From Chrysomallon squamiferum (Eukaryota > Animalia > Mollusca): a DNA stretch of 64,000 bases. This document shows, piece after piece, positions 18,320 through 33,237 of the stretch. The first letter of the stretch is position 1, and each line of letters opens with the position of its first letter. Made by a program: the position numbers and the translations under genes. Below the pieces are notes generated by a model that did no database searches, was not told where the DNA came from, and worked only from the letters and a program-made list of their open reading frames with translations. Where the stretch lies: NCBI GenBank assembly GCA_012295275.1, contig CM022674.1:4464001-4528000 (forward strand). The letters run 5' to 3'.

Positions 18320-18984
18320 GTTTCAGCTTGATGATGTGTGTGATATAGTTAGACTTTATGACGTCATATATTTAAACTTTATGACGTCATATATTTTAGA
18401 CTCAATGACGTCATATATTTAAACTTAATGACGTCTTACAGGATTTAGTCGTATCTGTCTTGACACCATTGTTTCCGCACACAATCCACGTTACCCCCAA
18501 AAAATCGAATGAGTGGATGAATTCACCGACACGAAACGTACCAAACTGTGTGTGACAACGACGGGAACGTCTATCGAAAACGGCTCTGATAACTAAAACA
18601 TATAGATATATAGATGTACCTTTCTGACTTTTTGTCTCTGACTCTTTGTATGCATATGTGTAGTGTGTGTGTCGCACTGTATATGTATATGTATAATGTG
18701 TGTGTGTATACATATTTGTATGTATATGAGTATAAATATGTATGTATTTATGTATCTATATATGTATGAATGTATATATGTGTATGTATATGTGTGTGTG
18801 TGTGTGTGTATGTTCCGTTATTTTTACTGCTTTTGTTGCCTTTGTTGTTGTTAATCATCATCATCACCATCATTATCGTCATCTCATCATAAACAGTGAA
18901 AATATAGAACTACCACTTCTACTGCTACTACTACTAATGGAACATCAGCTGCTGCTGCTATCACTACTACTACTGACATTATCA

Positions 18985-19039
<55 letters not shown>

Positions 19040-19099
19040 CATTATTATTATTATTATCATCATCATCTTCATTGTTGTTGTTGTTATTATTATTATTAT

Positions 19100-19131
<32 letters not shown>

Positions 19132-19294
19132 TATCTGTGAATATATAATCAACAACAGTAAAATAATATTGAAAATAAAGATCATCGTTGACATAAAACC
19201 ACGAAGACTGACCTTCTAGTTTCTCGGCTATTACAGTTGCCTGTGCTGGTTGAAATGATGACGTTATGAGTAGCAGTAAAGTCAAGGCATACAT
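16336..19294 (-). pseudogene. Cys-rich modular protein copy B; +1 frameshift and TGA in exon 3 (pseudogene or assembly indel)
   Basis: Exons 19294-19213 (MYALTLLLLITSSFQPAQATVIAEKLE), 18592-18440, 18090-17937 (154 nt rather than 153; GAT CTT TGA), 17439-17323, 16445-16336 (GCYHNGCRKPGYYYNSGWFWWKDKCTCVDGEGFQCA). All splice sites intact. Confidence 0.8.
18359..18436. repeat. Minisatellite of 23-24 bp units carrying TGACGTCA
   Basis: Perfect TGACGTCA at 18359, 18382 and 18406, plus TGACGTCT at 18429. Confidence 0.85.
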
Positions 19295-19746
19295 CTTGAA
19301 TTCTTTAAAAATCATCAATCGAAAAGATAAATAATAACGACCAGCTCAGGAAATCAAATAGTACACATTAAACAGAATAAATTCAGAGATGACAATAACC
19401 ATAGCAACTACGGTAAATATACTATGAATGCTCAGATAGTGACGTCACTGTCAGATAACACGAAAATGTATGATACAAAATATATCATGTTGCATACAAA
19501 AATGTTTCTACTAGAACAATGTAGCAGGTAAATATGTTAATAATATAAATATCTAACAAGTAAGTATGTTAATGCTAATATAAACATGTAACAAGTAAAT
19601 ATGTTAATACAGATACATAGATGTTTACTAGTATAAACATGCTACAAGTAAATATGTTAATATTAGTGGAAACATATAACAAGTAAATATGCAATACTGG
19701 TTTAGAAACTAAATATATTTATAGCAGTAGTAACAAGTAGCAGGTA

Positions 19747-19817
<71 letters not shown>

Positions 19818-20393
19818 TAATAATAATATAGTATAATTATAATGATAAAGTCGCTTAGTAAAAGTAAGTAAAGATAAAACTTACTATGAACATATGATGT
19901 CCCAGATGTTTTTCGAACATCACCATGTATGTATTAAACATTTAAAAATATACTTCAAAGAGAATCAAATGTTTGACAATATGGTTACACGAACGATATG
20001 CATATCCGATAGAGCTAGCAAACTGAAATATTTAAATGATTTTTTGGTGTAACCGAAATGTGTGTTTCTATTAATTCTGTTTTCATAGATACGTTTGATA
20101 ATGCTCTGAAAAATCCGAACATGTTTGACAATGATTTCACACACGATGTAAATACATTTAGATAAATTAGTTTGTGACGTCAGCAAAATGCAAACCTACG
20201 CATATTTAGGAACGAATATTGGATGGTCCTAAGACGGACAACAAAGTCCAGTCACTAACTGCCACGTATGTTTGTGAATATTTAGTCTGTTCTCTGATAT
20301 AGATCTGATTAGGCTCTGACCAGACTAGACTCGAACATTTTGAAAACGACATTCCAAATTCCTGATATATGTAATTGCGGTTAGTATAAGTTT

Positions 20394-20492
<99 letters not shown>

Positions 20493-21247
20493 GAAATATG
20501 TACTGTAAAATAAAATAGGTTTATAATATCTGAATGCAAAACAAAACAAACAAAAAATAATAAAAAATAATAATAGTAAAAATAAATAAATAAGTAAATA
20601 AATAAATTAAAAATCGACCCACTGATAACGAAAAGAAAAATATTTTATTCATAAAAAAAAAACCAAATAGAACAACAAAAATTCCCAAAAATGTTTAGCA
20701 ATTTATAAATTTAAAACTGTTAAACTTAGATTTTCCTCTATGGAGTTGTCATCCCAGTCATCAGAAACTGCATGGGGAGAGTTCACCTGAAGGTGGAAAC
20801 TTCTGTACGACTTGAGATTTGTTTCTTTAAAAGACCGTCCCGTTTCACACATATTTTTAAACACATTTTCTGTGAATAAAGTCCCTGCGTTTGAGTCTTC
20901 CTATCCACTGAATATATTTTTACTAAATATACGGCCTTTATCATTATCTCTTTTCTCTAGACCTTGGTTTGTCTTAGAGCATTAGTAAAAGGAGGTGTAG
21001 ACATGTTTGCTTCCACAGATAAACAGAGTTTATTTTCATTCCATTACTCATCATAGATAACTGATTGCTATTCAGGAATCCGAACCTTCTTCTGGCTGTG
21101 CTTGGTTGATTATAAGTAACACCCTAATAATGAGATAACCCAATATTCACTACTAAATGTAACACACAAATAATGAGATAACCCAATAGTCACTACTAAA
21201 GTCTCGTGCACATACATTTTTCTGACGTGACAAAGTAACTTAAATAC

Positions 21248-21279
<32 letters not shown>

Positions 21280-21467
21280 AATATAAATATTATGTATAGC
21301 TTCAAATTTAGGTCATATGTGTAGACACATTTTCAAATATATTTTGTTTTATCAGAGGCTAATCAGACTTATATTGGAGAAGAGAATAAATATATACAAA
21401 CATTTTGTTTACTCTAGGAAAGAATTTAAATATTTAAATGTTTCGTCTCATTTTGATTGTGTGCGTA

Positions 21468-21519
<52 letters not shown>

Positions 21520-21579
21520 CAAAACATAATTTTTCTTTAAGTTAAAAATTTCACTTACGATATTTATTAAACATTTTTT

Positions 21580-21714
21580 TGTGGTGTATTTAGTTATAAA
21601 GTTAATATATCTGAACCAGACTATGACAAAAATGTGGAAGTGTTGTTTATTTATTACTAAAGATGTCAGAAAGTTTCGAAAGTAATTCAACATTAACATC
21701 AACAACAACAAAAA

Positions 21715-21777
<63 letters not shown>

Positions 21778-21977
21778 TAATCATAAGAAGAAGAGTCGTC
21801 ATGATGATTATAAAGTGATGATAGTGATGATGATGATGATAATGATGAGAGCCATTATTCTAAATATGATAATTACATTCAGTAGCTGTTTGTTTCGAAT
21901 TGTTCTCTTTTGATTTCATTTTAAATGAATTATCTGCTGTTCAACTGCCTCTCCACTCAACCTTTCGTGACAACATT

Positions 21978-22012
<35 letters not shown>

Positions 22013-23040
22013 TTAATTTATTTATTTAATTTAGAGACTATAAGCATTGCATAAAATTACCGTTGTCTTGAAAAGGAATTTCGAGGTAAGAACCATTATC
22101 TTTAGCAGTCGTTTTCAAATATTTGATAAATACTGTATATATCAGATCATATAGAGTTTCGTTGTTTGGCCGGATCATAGAGTTTTCATTTAAAATGAAG
22201 TTTTTCTTTTATCTAAACTTCTATATATCACTTATAAGGCTAGCTCAAGTTTGGTACTCAATACAGTGTACTTATCGTTGTTCACATCTTTACAAACCTG
22301 GCGTTGAGTCTAATACGAAGTAAAAAAAATACTAAGTAACATAGCAAATCTGAATAATGATAGCAACGCTAACTGCTAGAACTGCGTATGTCATATGACC
22401 GCACGTTTTACTCTTAAAATGTAGGAACTGAACTATCCTTCATTTATAAGGCGATATCCTAAGTTTTGCACTGGCTTCTGAATACCTGCTGCGCCAACAG
22501 TTGTTCATCAACCACCCGTTAACCAGTGGAATCGTGATTGAAAATGTTTCCGAGCAAAGCAGCCTTGACTGTTTAGCAGAACTATGAATATGTCTTGTAA
22601 TTCACCTTCGCTGTTCGGGCACTGTAGAGCTAGGATATGAACAACCCACAATTTTCTATGTGACAATTTTACCGTTCAGACTACATCATATCCGCCACAA
22701 TGTACGCATGGTACGTACTAACGATCTTGAAGACAAAAGATTTCCAATGTAAACAACTCCCACCAAAGGAATATTGGAATATGGAATAATTTAACACCAA
22801 AATGGCCTATTCTTTCTTAAAACCCCCAAAACAAACAAACAAAAAAAAGACTGCTCTGCTGGACTCTTTTTAAATTTGTTGTTTTACGACTGTCAAACTA
22901 ATTTTGAGAGTAAAAACAAAATAACAACCTGACGATTTAGTGTACAATATTATTATTTATTTATTTCACTTCTTTCTTGTATTTTAGGTTGCTACGTGAA
23001 AGGAAGCTGTAAAACCACACGTCTGTGTTATCGTACGTAA
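21580..23040 (+). pseudogene. Decayed family member with remnants of exons 3, 4 and 5
   Basis: 21580: CGVFSYKVNISEPDYDKNVEVLF with mutated donor. About 22035-22085: YRCLEKEFR|gtaag. 22988: GCYVKGSCKTTRLCYRT*. Intervening DNA is homologous to introns 3 and 4 of B'. Confidence 0.7.
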
Positions 23041-23208
23041 TTCTGCATCTGTATAACAATGTGTGTGCGTGTGTGTTGGTGTGTACTCTTTGTTGTGCGT
23101 GGGCTTGTGTTTGTTTCTGTTAATGACACGATTGTATCATTTGTTTTCAAGTGGATGTGTTTAGTGACACACTTTAATGTCAATACACAGATGTTTCAAA
23201 ATTTTCCA

Positions 23209-23243
<35 letters not shown>

Positions 23244-23402
23244 TAACAATAATCATAATAATATACAATACAATAACAGTAGACTGAAATACAGCAAATA
23301 CAATAACAATATGACTTATAATTTTAATCAGTATCATCATCATCATTTTCTTCTTCTTCTTCTTCTTGTAAATATTTTTATCATTATCATAAATTCAAGA
23401 TT

Positions 23403-23468
<66 letters not shown>

Positions 23469-24056
23469 AAGAAGAAGAATATTATATATTATTTTTAATA
23501 TATATTATTTATTTTATTTTTTTCATATCCTTATGAATGGTGTCCTTTGCAGCTACATTTTATGTCGATACTTAGTATTTTGGGTTTTTTTTTAACCGTG
23601 GGTGCAGTCTGAGTGTCAAAGATCATTATGTTTGTCAGATGTGTTTTAAATAACGATCTTCAGATAACACGTACAGACACACATACAGATAGATAAAAAG
23701 ATACACAGATAGATAGATACAGTCTTTTAATATATTGTAGGTATTGTTTTGGGCTTTAATTCTGACTTGATGTCATTTTAAGGCAACGTCGGCCATTAGG
23801 CCATTTGGAACCCTCGTCGTCGTATTAAATTTCGAATGACACCAATTTCCTCACACTCAACGCCTTGGTTACCTTGGTTACCGAGGCACCAGGGCCTAAA
23901 ATATGGTGGTTACACAAAATTTCAAAATATCGGGGTAAATATCTCAGCTGGTGTGGTTAGTCCCACTAAATGTTGATGACATGGAATGTCCTTATGGAGA
24001 TAGTCCAGATTAAGAAAACACACAAATAATAATAATGATAAAAAAAAAAAAATAAT

Positions 24057-24091
<35 letters not shown>

Positions 24092-24128
24092 TAATAATAA
24101 TAATAATAATGATAATAATAATAATAAC

Positions 24129-24183
<55 letters not shown>

Positions 24184-25018
24184 GCTTGTCTCAGTGTCTG
24201 AAATTTCCACCAGGTCAAAATAGTTAACAGACAAGTATAACTAAGCCATAAAGTAACCGATTTTACACACTTTAGAACACTAAATCTCTGGTCTCAGTCA
24301 ACCAGTCAATGACTGTGTGAAATATTATACATATACATATTTTTTTGTGTGTTTGTGTCTGTGAATATATAATATTTAATAAAACTTAATATATTCAACT
24401 GACAGATGTAAAAAAATGTTAATAAAAATACTAATGGCATTAAAATATATATATATATATATATTAATGTATCATGTAAAAAATATTATCAGATGCAAGA
24501 TAAAATTTTAAAAATAATGTTATGCATAACTACAATAAAAGTGTCAAAAATGGTAATATCTGCATATTGATATTATAATCTGTTCACTGAAAAACACCCA
24601 CTAAAACACTAAGCATACTGTGATTTTAATAGACATACATTGATACAGATATAGACATACATTGATATAGACATACCCGACACAGACATATTTATACAAA
24701 TATACCCAAAACAGATATCTATATAGATATAACCAACATACACATATTTATTCAGATATACCAAACATACACATATTTATACGGATATACCCATCACACA
24801 CATTTGTATAAAGATTCATTCAACAAATATATTTATATAGATATACTCAACACACATATTTATACAGATATAGTCAACTCACATACTGATACAAATATAC
24901 CCAACACATATATTTATAAAGATATACTATTCTATGCAGTGATAACATTCTCTCTAACATACATATGTATACAGATATACCTAACACATATATGTACATA
25001 GATGTACCATTTTGTAGT

Positions 25019-25195
<177 letters not shown>

Positions 25196-25267
25196 CTGTG
25201 TGCGTGTGTATGAGTGTGCGTGTTTGTGTTTATGTATGTTTCTTTGTATCTCTCACAGACTGTGGGA

Positions 25268-25351
<84 letters not shown>

Positions 25352-25453
25352 ATATTCTGAAATTATCTATAAGGGAACATTAAAAATGCCCTTCATTAGA
25401 ATTGTATTTCTTTCTTAACGAACACGTCATTTAGCGCAACTAAATAAATTAAA

Positions 25454-25985
25454 TTAATCGCAGTTCACTTCTTGATTGTCTTGGCAAATACAATTTTTTT
25501 TCCACCAGAGCCAACCTCGATCTTCTGAATATCCTTTCTTCCTGCACTCACCGCTCATCCTACAACCTGAAAAAAAAAAACAAGAAGATAAAGACGAAAC
25601 AGAAATAACATTAATGTCCAGTCCTCTCATAACGAAGCAGTAACGAAATATTCCACATTTAGTCCTTGTGTCTTTGTGTCTTTGCCTCTGGGTGGAATTT
25701 TTAGTACCATAGATATCTGCAACTGAGAAAAAGGAGATTGTTATATGCAACAGTTCTTAGATTACCAGTTCCACGAACAACAGACAGCAGCAAAGAGAGA
25801 AAGAAAACAGAGATACATGTATATAAATAGTTAATGAATTGAGAGACAAAGTGAGTGTGCATTTTCTTTTTGTATTTATGCAGCAAAAGCAAGAGGACAT
25901 GACTTTGGATTTTCCATGTTACTTGCCTCGACTGCACGGGCCGGAATGACGTCATCGTGAGCAGCAGAAATATTACTCCAGACAT
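25454..25985 (-). CDS. Minimised family member C (116 aa, 8 Cys): signal exon plus fused exon 3/exon 5
   Basis: Exon 25985-25904 (82 nt, weak GTCATG donor at the homologous position) and exon 25722-25454, open throughout. MSGVIFLLLTMTSFRPVQSRQVTWKIQIADIYGTKNSTQRQRHKDTRTKCGIFRYCFVMRGLDINVISVSSLSSCFFFSGCRMSGECRKKGYSEDRGWLWWKKNCICQDNQEVNCD. Confidence 0.6.
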
Positions 25986-26074
25986 CTTGAATTGTTGAAA
26001 ACGTCTAATCAGAAATATCAGTTAAAAGGTCTAGCTAAATAAAATGTACGTCTATAGTAATGAGAGAGAGAGAG

Positions 26075-26181
<107 letters not shown>

Positions 26182-26346
26182 CCGAGAAAAAGACAAAAAG
26201 TATCAACTGCTATAGTTAGGTCATACGAACAGTGATATAGTGACGTCAGTCAAAAGGTAAAAATGTAAATTGTTAATATGTTTAACTACTACTACTACTA
26301 CTACTATTTATACTACTACTACTACTAATAATAATAATAATAATAA

Positions 26347-26377
<31 letters not shown>

Positions 26378-26797
26378 GAGAAGAAAAATATGATGATGGA
26401 AATAAATTTTGAAAACAATAAAAATGGTAAGATGATGATGATGAATATGATGACAAAATCAGTTAATAAATTAAAGTGATCAAATTAATGAAAATTAAAA
26501 AGAAAACTGAATATATACAAACTTCCAGAATTAAAGCAAATTTTATACCGGTTTGCCAATATATGTTTAAAAAATTCTACAGCTATAAAATGTTTATATA
26601 ATAATAATAAAAGTAATATATGTGTGTATATGTGTATGAATATGCATGTGTGTACATAAAGAGACAGAATACATTTTAATATTTTACCCGTTAAATTATG
26701 TTCTTATGCAGAAATAATGTCATAATAATTTTGTATTAGATATTCTTGCAACAATATGTGTACAAAGTTGATTGGATGTTGAGATATCACTTGAACC

Positions 26798-26873
<76 letters not shown>

Positions 26874-27409
26874 TCTATAATTTTTTTTCTATTTTTATTG
26901 TATCATGATGCTATTGTTAGCTATTGAATTTTATTATATATATATATATCTATCTATATATCTGTCTCTCTGTTTATATATCTACATATCTATATATGTG
27001 TCTATTTATCTGCCTGTCTAAATATCTATACATCTGTGTGTGTGTGTGTCTCTGTGTGTATATATATGTGTGTGTCTGTGTGTGTATGTATGCATGTATA
27101 TATTCATGTGTTTGTTTTGAGGATGAGTGTGTGTACAGTGTTAAGACATTGTATGTTATGTCACATTAAAGCCAAGATAATGTTGTCTTTTATTCAGAAT
27201 GTAGCAGAATGGGCTGCATGGAGCATGAAGAGAAACTATTCTATGAAATATGAACAAACTGTTTCAAACTAGACGACGATAGTCGAAAAGGATTTAACTG
27301 TTAAAATAAATACAGCACAAATTATTCTCAGGAAGGAAAATGACAACTTCATGAGACAATGTTGTTCATCTTCTTAACGTACCGTGAGCTTAGATTCCGT
27401 TCGGATTAC

Positions 27410-27860
27410 AGAGCTTAGAAAAATACATCAAATTTCGTTATGACTACAGAGTTTAGAAACATACACCAAATTCCATTATGACTACAGAGTTTAGAAAAAT
27501 ACAGCAAATTCCATTATGACTACAGAGCTTAGGAACGTACACAAAGTTATGATATGACTATAGATCATAGAAGCATGCATCAAATTCTATTATAACTACA
27601 GACTTTAGAAGCATGTATCAAATATTATTATGACTGTAGAGCTTAGAAACATATATCAGATTCCATATTGACTACAGTGCGTAGAAAAATAAAACAAATC
27701 CCATTACGACTACTAAGCATTTGAAATATAATTTGATCAAATTCCATTATGACTTCTCAGCTTAGAAACATATGTCTTTTTCCATTATGAATAAAAGGTT
27801 TTGTAACATATACCAAATTGTGGCTAAACTCCTTAGAAACGTGTTTCGAATTCCATTGTG
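27410..27860. repeat. 38-bp minisatellite (gactacagagtttagaaacatacaccaaattccattat)
   Basis: About 11-12 degenerate tandem units. Confidence 0.85.
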
Positions 27861-29399
27861 ACGTCACTTAGTAACGTCTCTCCTGCGAATAACTGAGTAA
27901 ATTTTAATAATGCATTTAAGTGACCTTCATACACGGAATCTCTAGATATAGATAAATATACTACCTATCAAAGGCCAATAAAACTTTATTTTCTGTTTCA
28001 GTGAGATGTTGAATAAAGATAATGGAATTATCTCCCTTGGTTTCGTTATTCAGTTGTTTAGTATTGATCCTATTTTGTGTATATCTGTATGAGTAAGGTG
28101 GGTGTTGGGTACATCTGTTTGCATTTAGCTCAGGATATACTCAGCTATTTTTAGGACGGTTTATTCAATCCTAATATGAATCCCCAGATGTTCCCATTTT
28201 CACACATTTATTAGTTATGCAAAGAGACTGTTTTTATAAATTAATCTAGCATCTGATATGTGTTATCATTATTCAAATGTTTTTAAAACTACATTTATTG
28301 CTTTTATTATTTATTATTTAACATTTTGCAACTATCTAAGAATATTTTAACTCAAAGAGAATAAATACCAAACTAAAAGATTAACATCAACAGAAAATAA
28401 TAATAACAATAGAAATAATAAACATAATAATACAAATAACAGCAACAAGAACAACAACAACAACAAAATAAATATAGAAAAAGATAAAACAAATAAACAC
28501 ACAAACAAATAAATAAACGAGAATAAAAGTAGATACAAAATACAATTAATTTAGCAAAAAATATTTTAGCATGAACACAACAAATATCAAAGGTAAATAT
28601 GTATGTATGTATGTTATGTATGTATGCATATATGTATGTATGTATGCGTGTATTTATGTGTATTTTGGTGTTTGTGTGTGTGTTATAAATCAACGAAAAA
28701 TTATGTAAATAAATAAATAAATAAACCATACCGCAATATAAATACATTCGGATGGATTTATATACACACATACTTACCTACATATAAAGTATGTATATAT
28801 ATTATAACAATTCATGGCACAGAATCACTTAATATTTAAAATTCATGCCTTTTTTTGTAAAATTCCGTCATAATGGAATAGGGTGTTTGTTTCTAAGCTT
28901 TGTTAATACTTTTAATACTTCGTGATATTTTTATACGCACATGACAAAATTCATTATTTAATTTTTTTAAAGAAACCGTATTTACACAGAGTATGTTTTC
29001 TCTTCCTATTTTCATAATGTTGATACCTCTATCTATTAACCAGTTTTGTTGTTGTTGGTGTTGGTGTTGTTGTTGTTGTTGTGATTATTATGTTTATTAT
29101 TAATGTTGTGATTATCATGTTTGTTATTCTTGCTATAGCTGATTTGTTGTTGTTTTTGTATTTCTTGTTATCATTATAACTTTTATTTTCATTAACATGA
29201 ACATTGTTATTCTTATTGCTTATTATTATTTTATTTGTTTTCTTGTTCTAATGAATATATGTAATTTCTAATAAATTTGTATTATATATTTAACAGGCAT
29301 AAATGACTGATCTTTCTTACACATTGCAGATTTGAATGATGATTTGAAGAGTTCAGTTATAAATAAAGATCTATTTAATAAATGACTAAAAATTTCAAA

Positions 29400-29670
29400 A
29401 ATAACTTAACATCCAATGTCATAATCCACGAGTTTGATAATCATGAATTATTATTATTTTTGTTTATTTTTATTTTTTTGCTTGGCCTTTTATTCCAAAT
29501 GGACTCAAAGAAATAGGTTTCTAATTGTTTAAAGAAAGAATCTGTTGGATTTGGCTGTGAAGATAAAAAGATAAACAAAATTTGTATAAAACTGAACGTT
29601 TTACAGTAATTTATTTTTTCCAAAGACCGTTGTGACAGCTGTTCAAGTCGCATTTTAGCCTCATTCAAGA
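29400..29670 (-). mobile_element. L1/Tx1-clade LINE ORF2 fragment
   Basis: ILFIFLSSQPNPTDSFFKQLETYFFESIWNKRPSKKIK matches the Tx1-type post-RT motif LPNP...FKKLE..FF.FIW..KP.KIK. Confidence 0.65.
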
Positions 29671-29878
29671 GACCCGTGCAAAACCGTCACCCAAGTTTTC
29701 TAAATTCTGTCGTCCATTTTAATCTATATTGTTAACACTTTTGTCTGTGATCCTTTCTTTATACAGGTAAACTCAACATACCGTAAAGCAACATAAAATA
29801 ATACAATTTTTTTTTTTTTCTCTGATTCGTCTAATAGAACACTTTTCCTCCACCAAAAGAAAGAATGGTCTTTTTCGT

Positions 29879-31897
29879 TTATTTTGGAGCACTGAACACT
29901 TTTCCGTTGTGAAGACAAATACAATAACGTTTTCTCCACCAAAAGTAAGAAGGAACTCTTTCGTTTGTTTTGAAACACTTGTCTTTGACTAAGCAACCTG
30001 AATTAAGCAACGATGAAAAAAAAAAAAAGAGACAAATAAAAAGATAAAAGACACTAGCACTTCAGGTTGGTTGTTCATTGTATCTCAGTTTAATTCATAA
30101 TAACAAAAGAAGATAATGAATACAACAAACAATTTAAAATGTGCGGGTTAACAGTTCTTCAGAAGGATAAGTTTCATCTTTATATAAAAATGATCGGAAA
30201 ATATTGGCGTTTGTTGTTGTCCACGACAGAAATGGTTTTGTCGTGGTAGTTGTTGGTTCTTTTTGCAGGCTATGTGTTGGCGTATATGTCGGATTTATCT
30301 TCTCTACCATTAAACTTTTGGATAATTTGGTGGTTGGTAAATCAGAATGGGAATGAAAGACATAGAAAGTAATTCAAACGTTGAAATAGTTTGATATAGG
30401 ATATTTATATATTATTTTTTCAAATTCCCGGTGTCTCTCTTAAAATATATTTGAAAACAATTCGTGGGAAACTTATTGTTACCTTTGCCGTCTAGAAGAA
30501 ACTCGCCTAGCCCAGAACAACGAAAACGACTGCATTCTTTGTTGTAGCTTGTTTCGTGTACACTCGAACAAGATTCATATTCTTTAATTATGCACACTGT
30601 AGCTTTAATTCAAGAAAAAAAAAAATTACCTTTTTTTTTTTTTTTCTTATTGATATTATTATTAATATAAGTAACAGCCATAGCAACTTTGCTAATAATA
30701 GCAATAGTAGTAAATCATTAGTATCGTCAACGTCACTGTCAAAGACATTACGAAAATTATTATTATTATTATTATTATTATTACAGCAACTATTTGTTTT
30801 TTTTTTTTTTTTTTTTTTGGTTTCTTGTTTTAGTTTGTTTGGGTTTTTTCAATCAGGAAATGAAATTACTTACGAGAATATCTCTCATCCATATCAACTT
30901 GAAACTTTATCATTAAAGTTTTTCCATCGCGTAGCCTGTCTAAGAAGATTCTGTATCTTATGTCTGCACATTTAGTTGTTTTGTATTTGCCACTAGCTGG
31001 TATTTTAACACCATACATTTCGACATCTGTGAAAGATTTTGATATGCAGTTATTGTTAGATTGCATATATGATATACACACCATACATTCATTCCTTCAT
31101 CCATACATATATTCATTCATTGATACATATACATTCATGCGTACATACATATACAACACAGATACACAGATACACAGAAACAGGCAGACAGATAGCTAGA
31201 TAGACTGAACGAAAGAGTTAGTTAGTATTAAAAATATGCGTTAAATTATTGCATATGGCGCAGGCAAATTTATCTTTTACAGGAGAAGAAGAAATACTTG
31301 TCTAGTTACGATCTTAAAACAGAGTTGACAACAATGATTAGAATTTCTCATAGATTCGGTCGTCATGCATTTCTAAATTAAAATTGACACCAATATAGTC
31401 ACTGGCTCACAGTGTGCTTATTAAAGAAAACATAGCTTTTCTAATCACACGATTAAAAACCTTCGTCAGTTGTTTGGGATTATATCGAAACTGTACTGAG
31501 CCTATATTTTGAGTTTTTGCAGTTTCGTCTCAAAACATTTGCGGGTGTTTTTTTATAATTGATATTTGATTACATAAGCAGTCTGATGTCTGTCAATTAT
31601 TTATCTTTGCCATTCATTTTTTTTTTTTTTTGACTTATTAAGACATATTTATCTGTTAACTAAACAAAAATTCATGTTTGTTGAGTTTTGAAATTGTATG
31701 ATATCTGTCAGGTGTTTAGAAAAAGCATGTTTTGTTGTCAGTTACTGATGAGGTCTGTCAGATAATAAAATCTGAAAACGTCTTTAAACTACTGATACTG
31801 TGGGATCTTTTGTTAGCTCTTGTGAGTTCTCGATGTCTGTCTGCTTTTTTAGACTTTATGACTTCCCAGAGAGACTGACACTTGGTTAAATCTAACA

Positions 31898-31958
<61 letters not shown>

Positions 31959-32389
31959 CTGACATATCTAAACATTACACATTTCCAGAAAATACTTACA
32001 GGACCTATTCAAATCAAATCCGAGTTCACCATCTTTACAGACAAGAGAAGCATTCCCATGGAACTGGAATACATGGACTTCCCTGCCTGCTGGATAAATG
32101 CCCCACTCAGTCACACACTGGTTGAATAAACTGTTCCAGTAAGCAAAGCTTTCTGAAGTAAATAGATATGAGGATGTATATATATCTGTCTGTCTGTCTC
32201 TGTGTCTGATCTGCTCCAGTCGTGGCTACATTTACTGCTACTACTAATTCTTGGTCTTCTTATTCTTGTCCTTATTCTTCTTCTTCTTGTTATTATTATT
32301 AAAATTTGTAGAAGTAGTAGTAGTAGTATTTAATAGTAGTAGTAATAACAACAACAACAACAACAGCAACAATAATAATAATAATAATA

Positions 32390-32467
<78 letters not shown>

Positions 32468-32473
32468 TTACTA

Positions 32474-32511
<38 letters not shown>

Positions 32512-32724
32512 TATTATTGTTTTGTGATTATGGTATTTTAATATTTATTTATTTATTTATTTATTATTTCTTTTTTCTTTGTTAGGTATTAGTAATTTTC
32601 GTCTTTTATTATAGTTTCGACAAGCTCAATATTACTGACTTGTCTCATTTTGGGAAATAACATGAAACGACTGCACATATTGGAATGATGAAATCATCAG
32701 CAGAAGTAATTCTAGAGCAGACAT
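29879..32724 (-). CDS. Cys-rich modular protein copy D (209 aa, 11 Cys; last Cys lost)
   Basis: Exons 32724-32640 (85 nt), 32152-32000, 31026-30874, 30602-30483, 29997-29879. MSALELLLLMISSFQYVQSFHVISQNETKSFAYWNSLFNQCVTEWGIYPAGREVHVFQFHGNASLVCKDGELGFDLNRSYVEMYGVKIPASGKYKTTKCADIRYRIFLDRLRDGKTLMIKFQVDMDERYSPTVCIIKEYESCSSVHETSYNKECSRFRCSGLGEFLLDGKGCLVKDKCFKTNERVPSYFWWRKRYCICLHNGKVFSAPK. Confidence 0.85.
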
Positions 32725-33163
32725 TTTGAGCTGTTGAATTCGTCTAAACAAAAAGAAACAAGTGATAAGTAAATGTGTTAATTCCACTAGAAATAGGAAA
32801 CAAGTAAATGTTTTAGTACTGAGAGAAATGTGTAACAAGTAAATGTTTCAGTATTTGCCAAACTTAGGCATCCTAGCAACCGAGATAGAAACAGATAACA
32901 ATCTTAATACAGCAATCATTCAATGTTCTACCAATAGAATATATCCCTGTATCGGGCAGAAATATCTTGGTGTCATGAGTATTCTGAGATCAGATGTTAT
33001 ACATGTAAATAACTGTTAAATTCACTACAGACAGTGGGACACAATATATTGTTCAACTAAACTGCCTATTCATTAAAAATAAAATTATCGTGAAGAACAC
33101 AAAGTGTTGGGTATTGCTATATAAATGTGCATGTTGGGTATATCTGTACAAATGTCTATACTG

Positions 33164-33237
<74 letters not shown>

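Larger units (their letters stand above)
15640..22500. repeat. Left arm of a 6.5-7 kb inverted segmental duplication (partner about 56055-62540)
   Basis: Near-continuous reverse-complement identity across exons, introns and flanks, e.g. 22080-22500 versus 56055-56500 and 15790-16150 versus 61680-62060. Confidence 0.92.

Noticed and set aside
23750-24000. Possible SINE
   Set aside because: GC-richer island, but no clear A/B boxes, tail or second copy in the window.
27410-27860. CRISPR-like periodicity
   Set aside because: Head-to-tail degenerate units without unique spacers, no cas genes, and a eukaryotic context.
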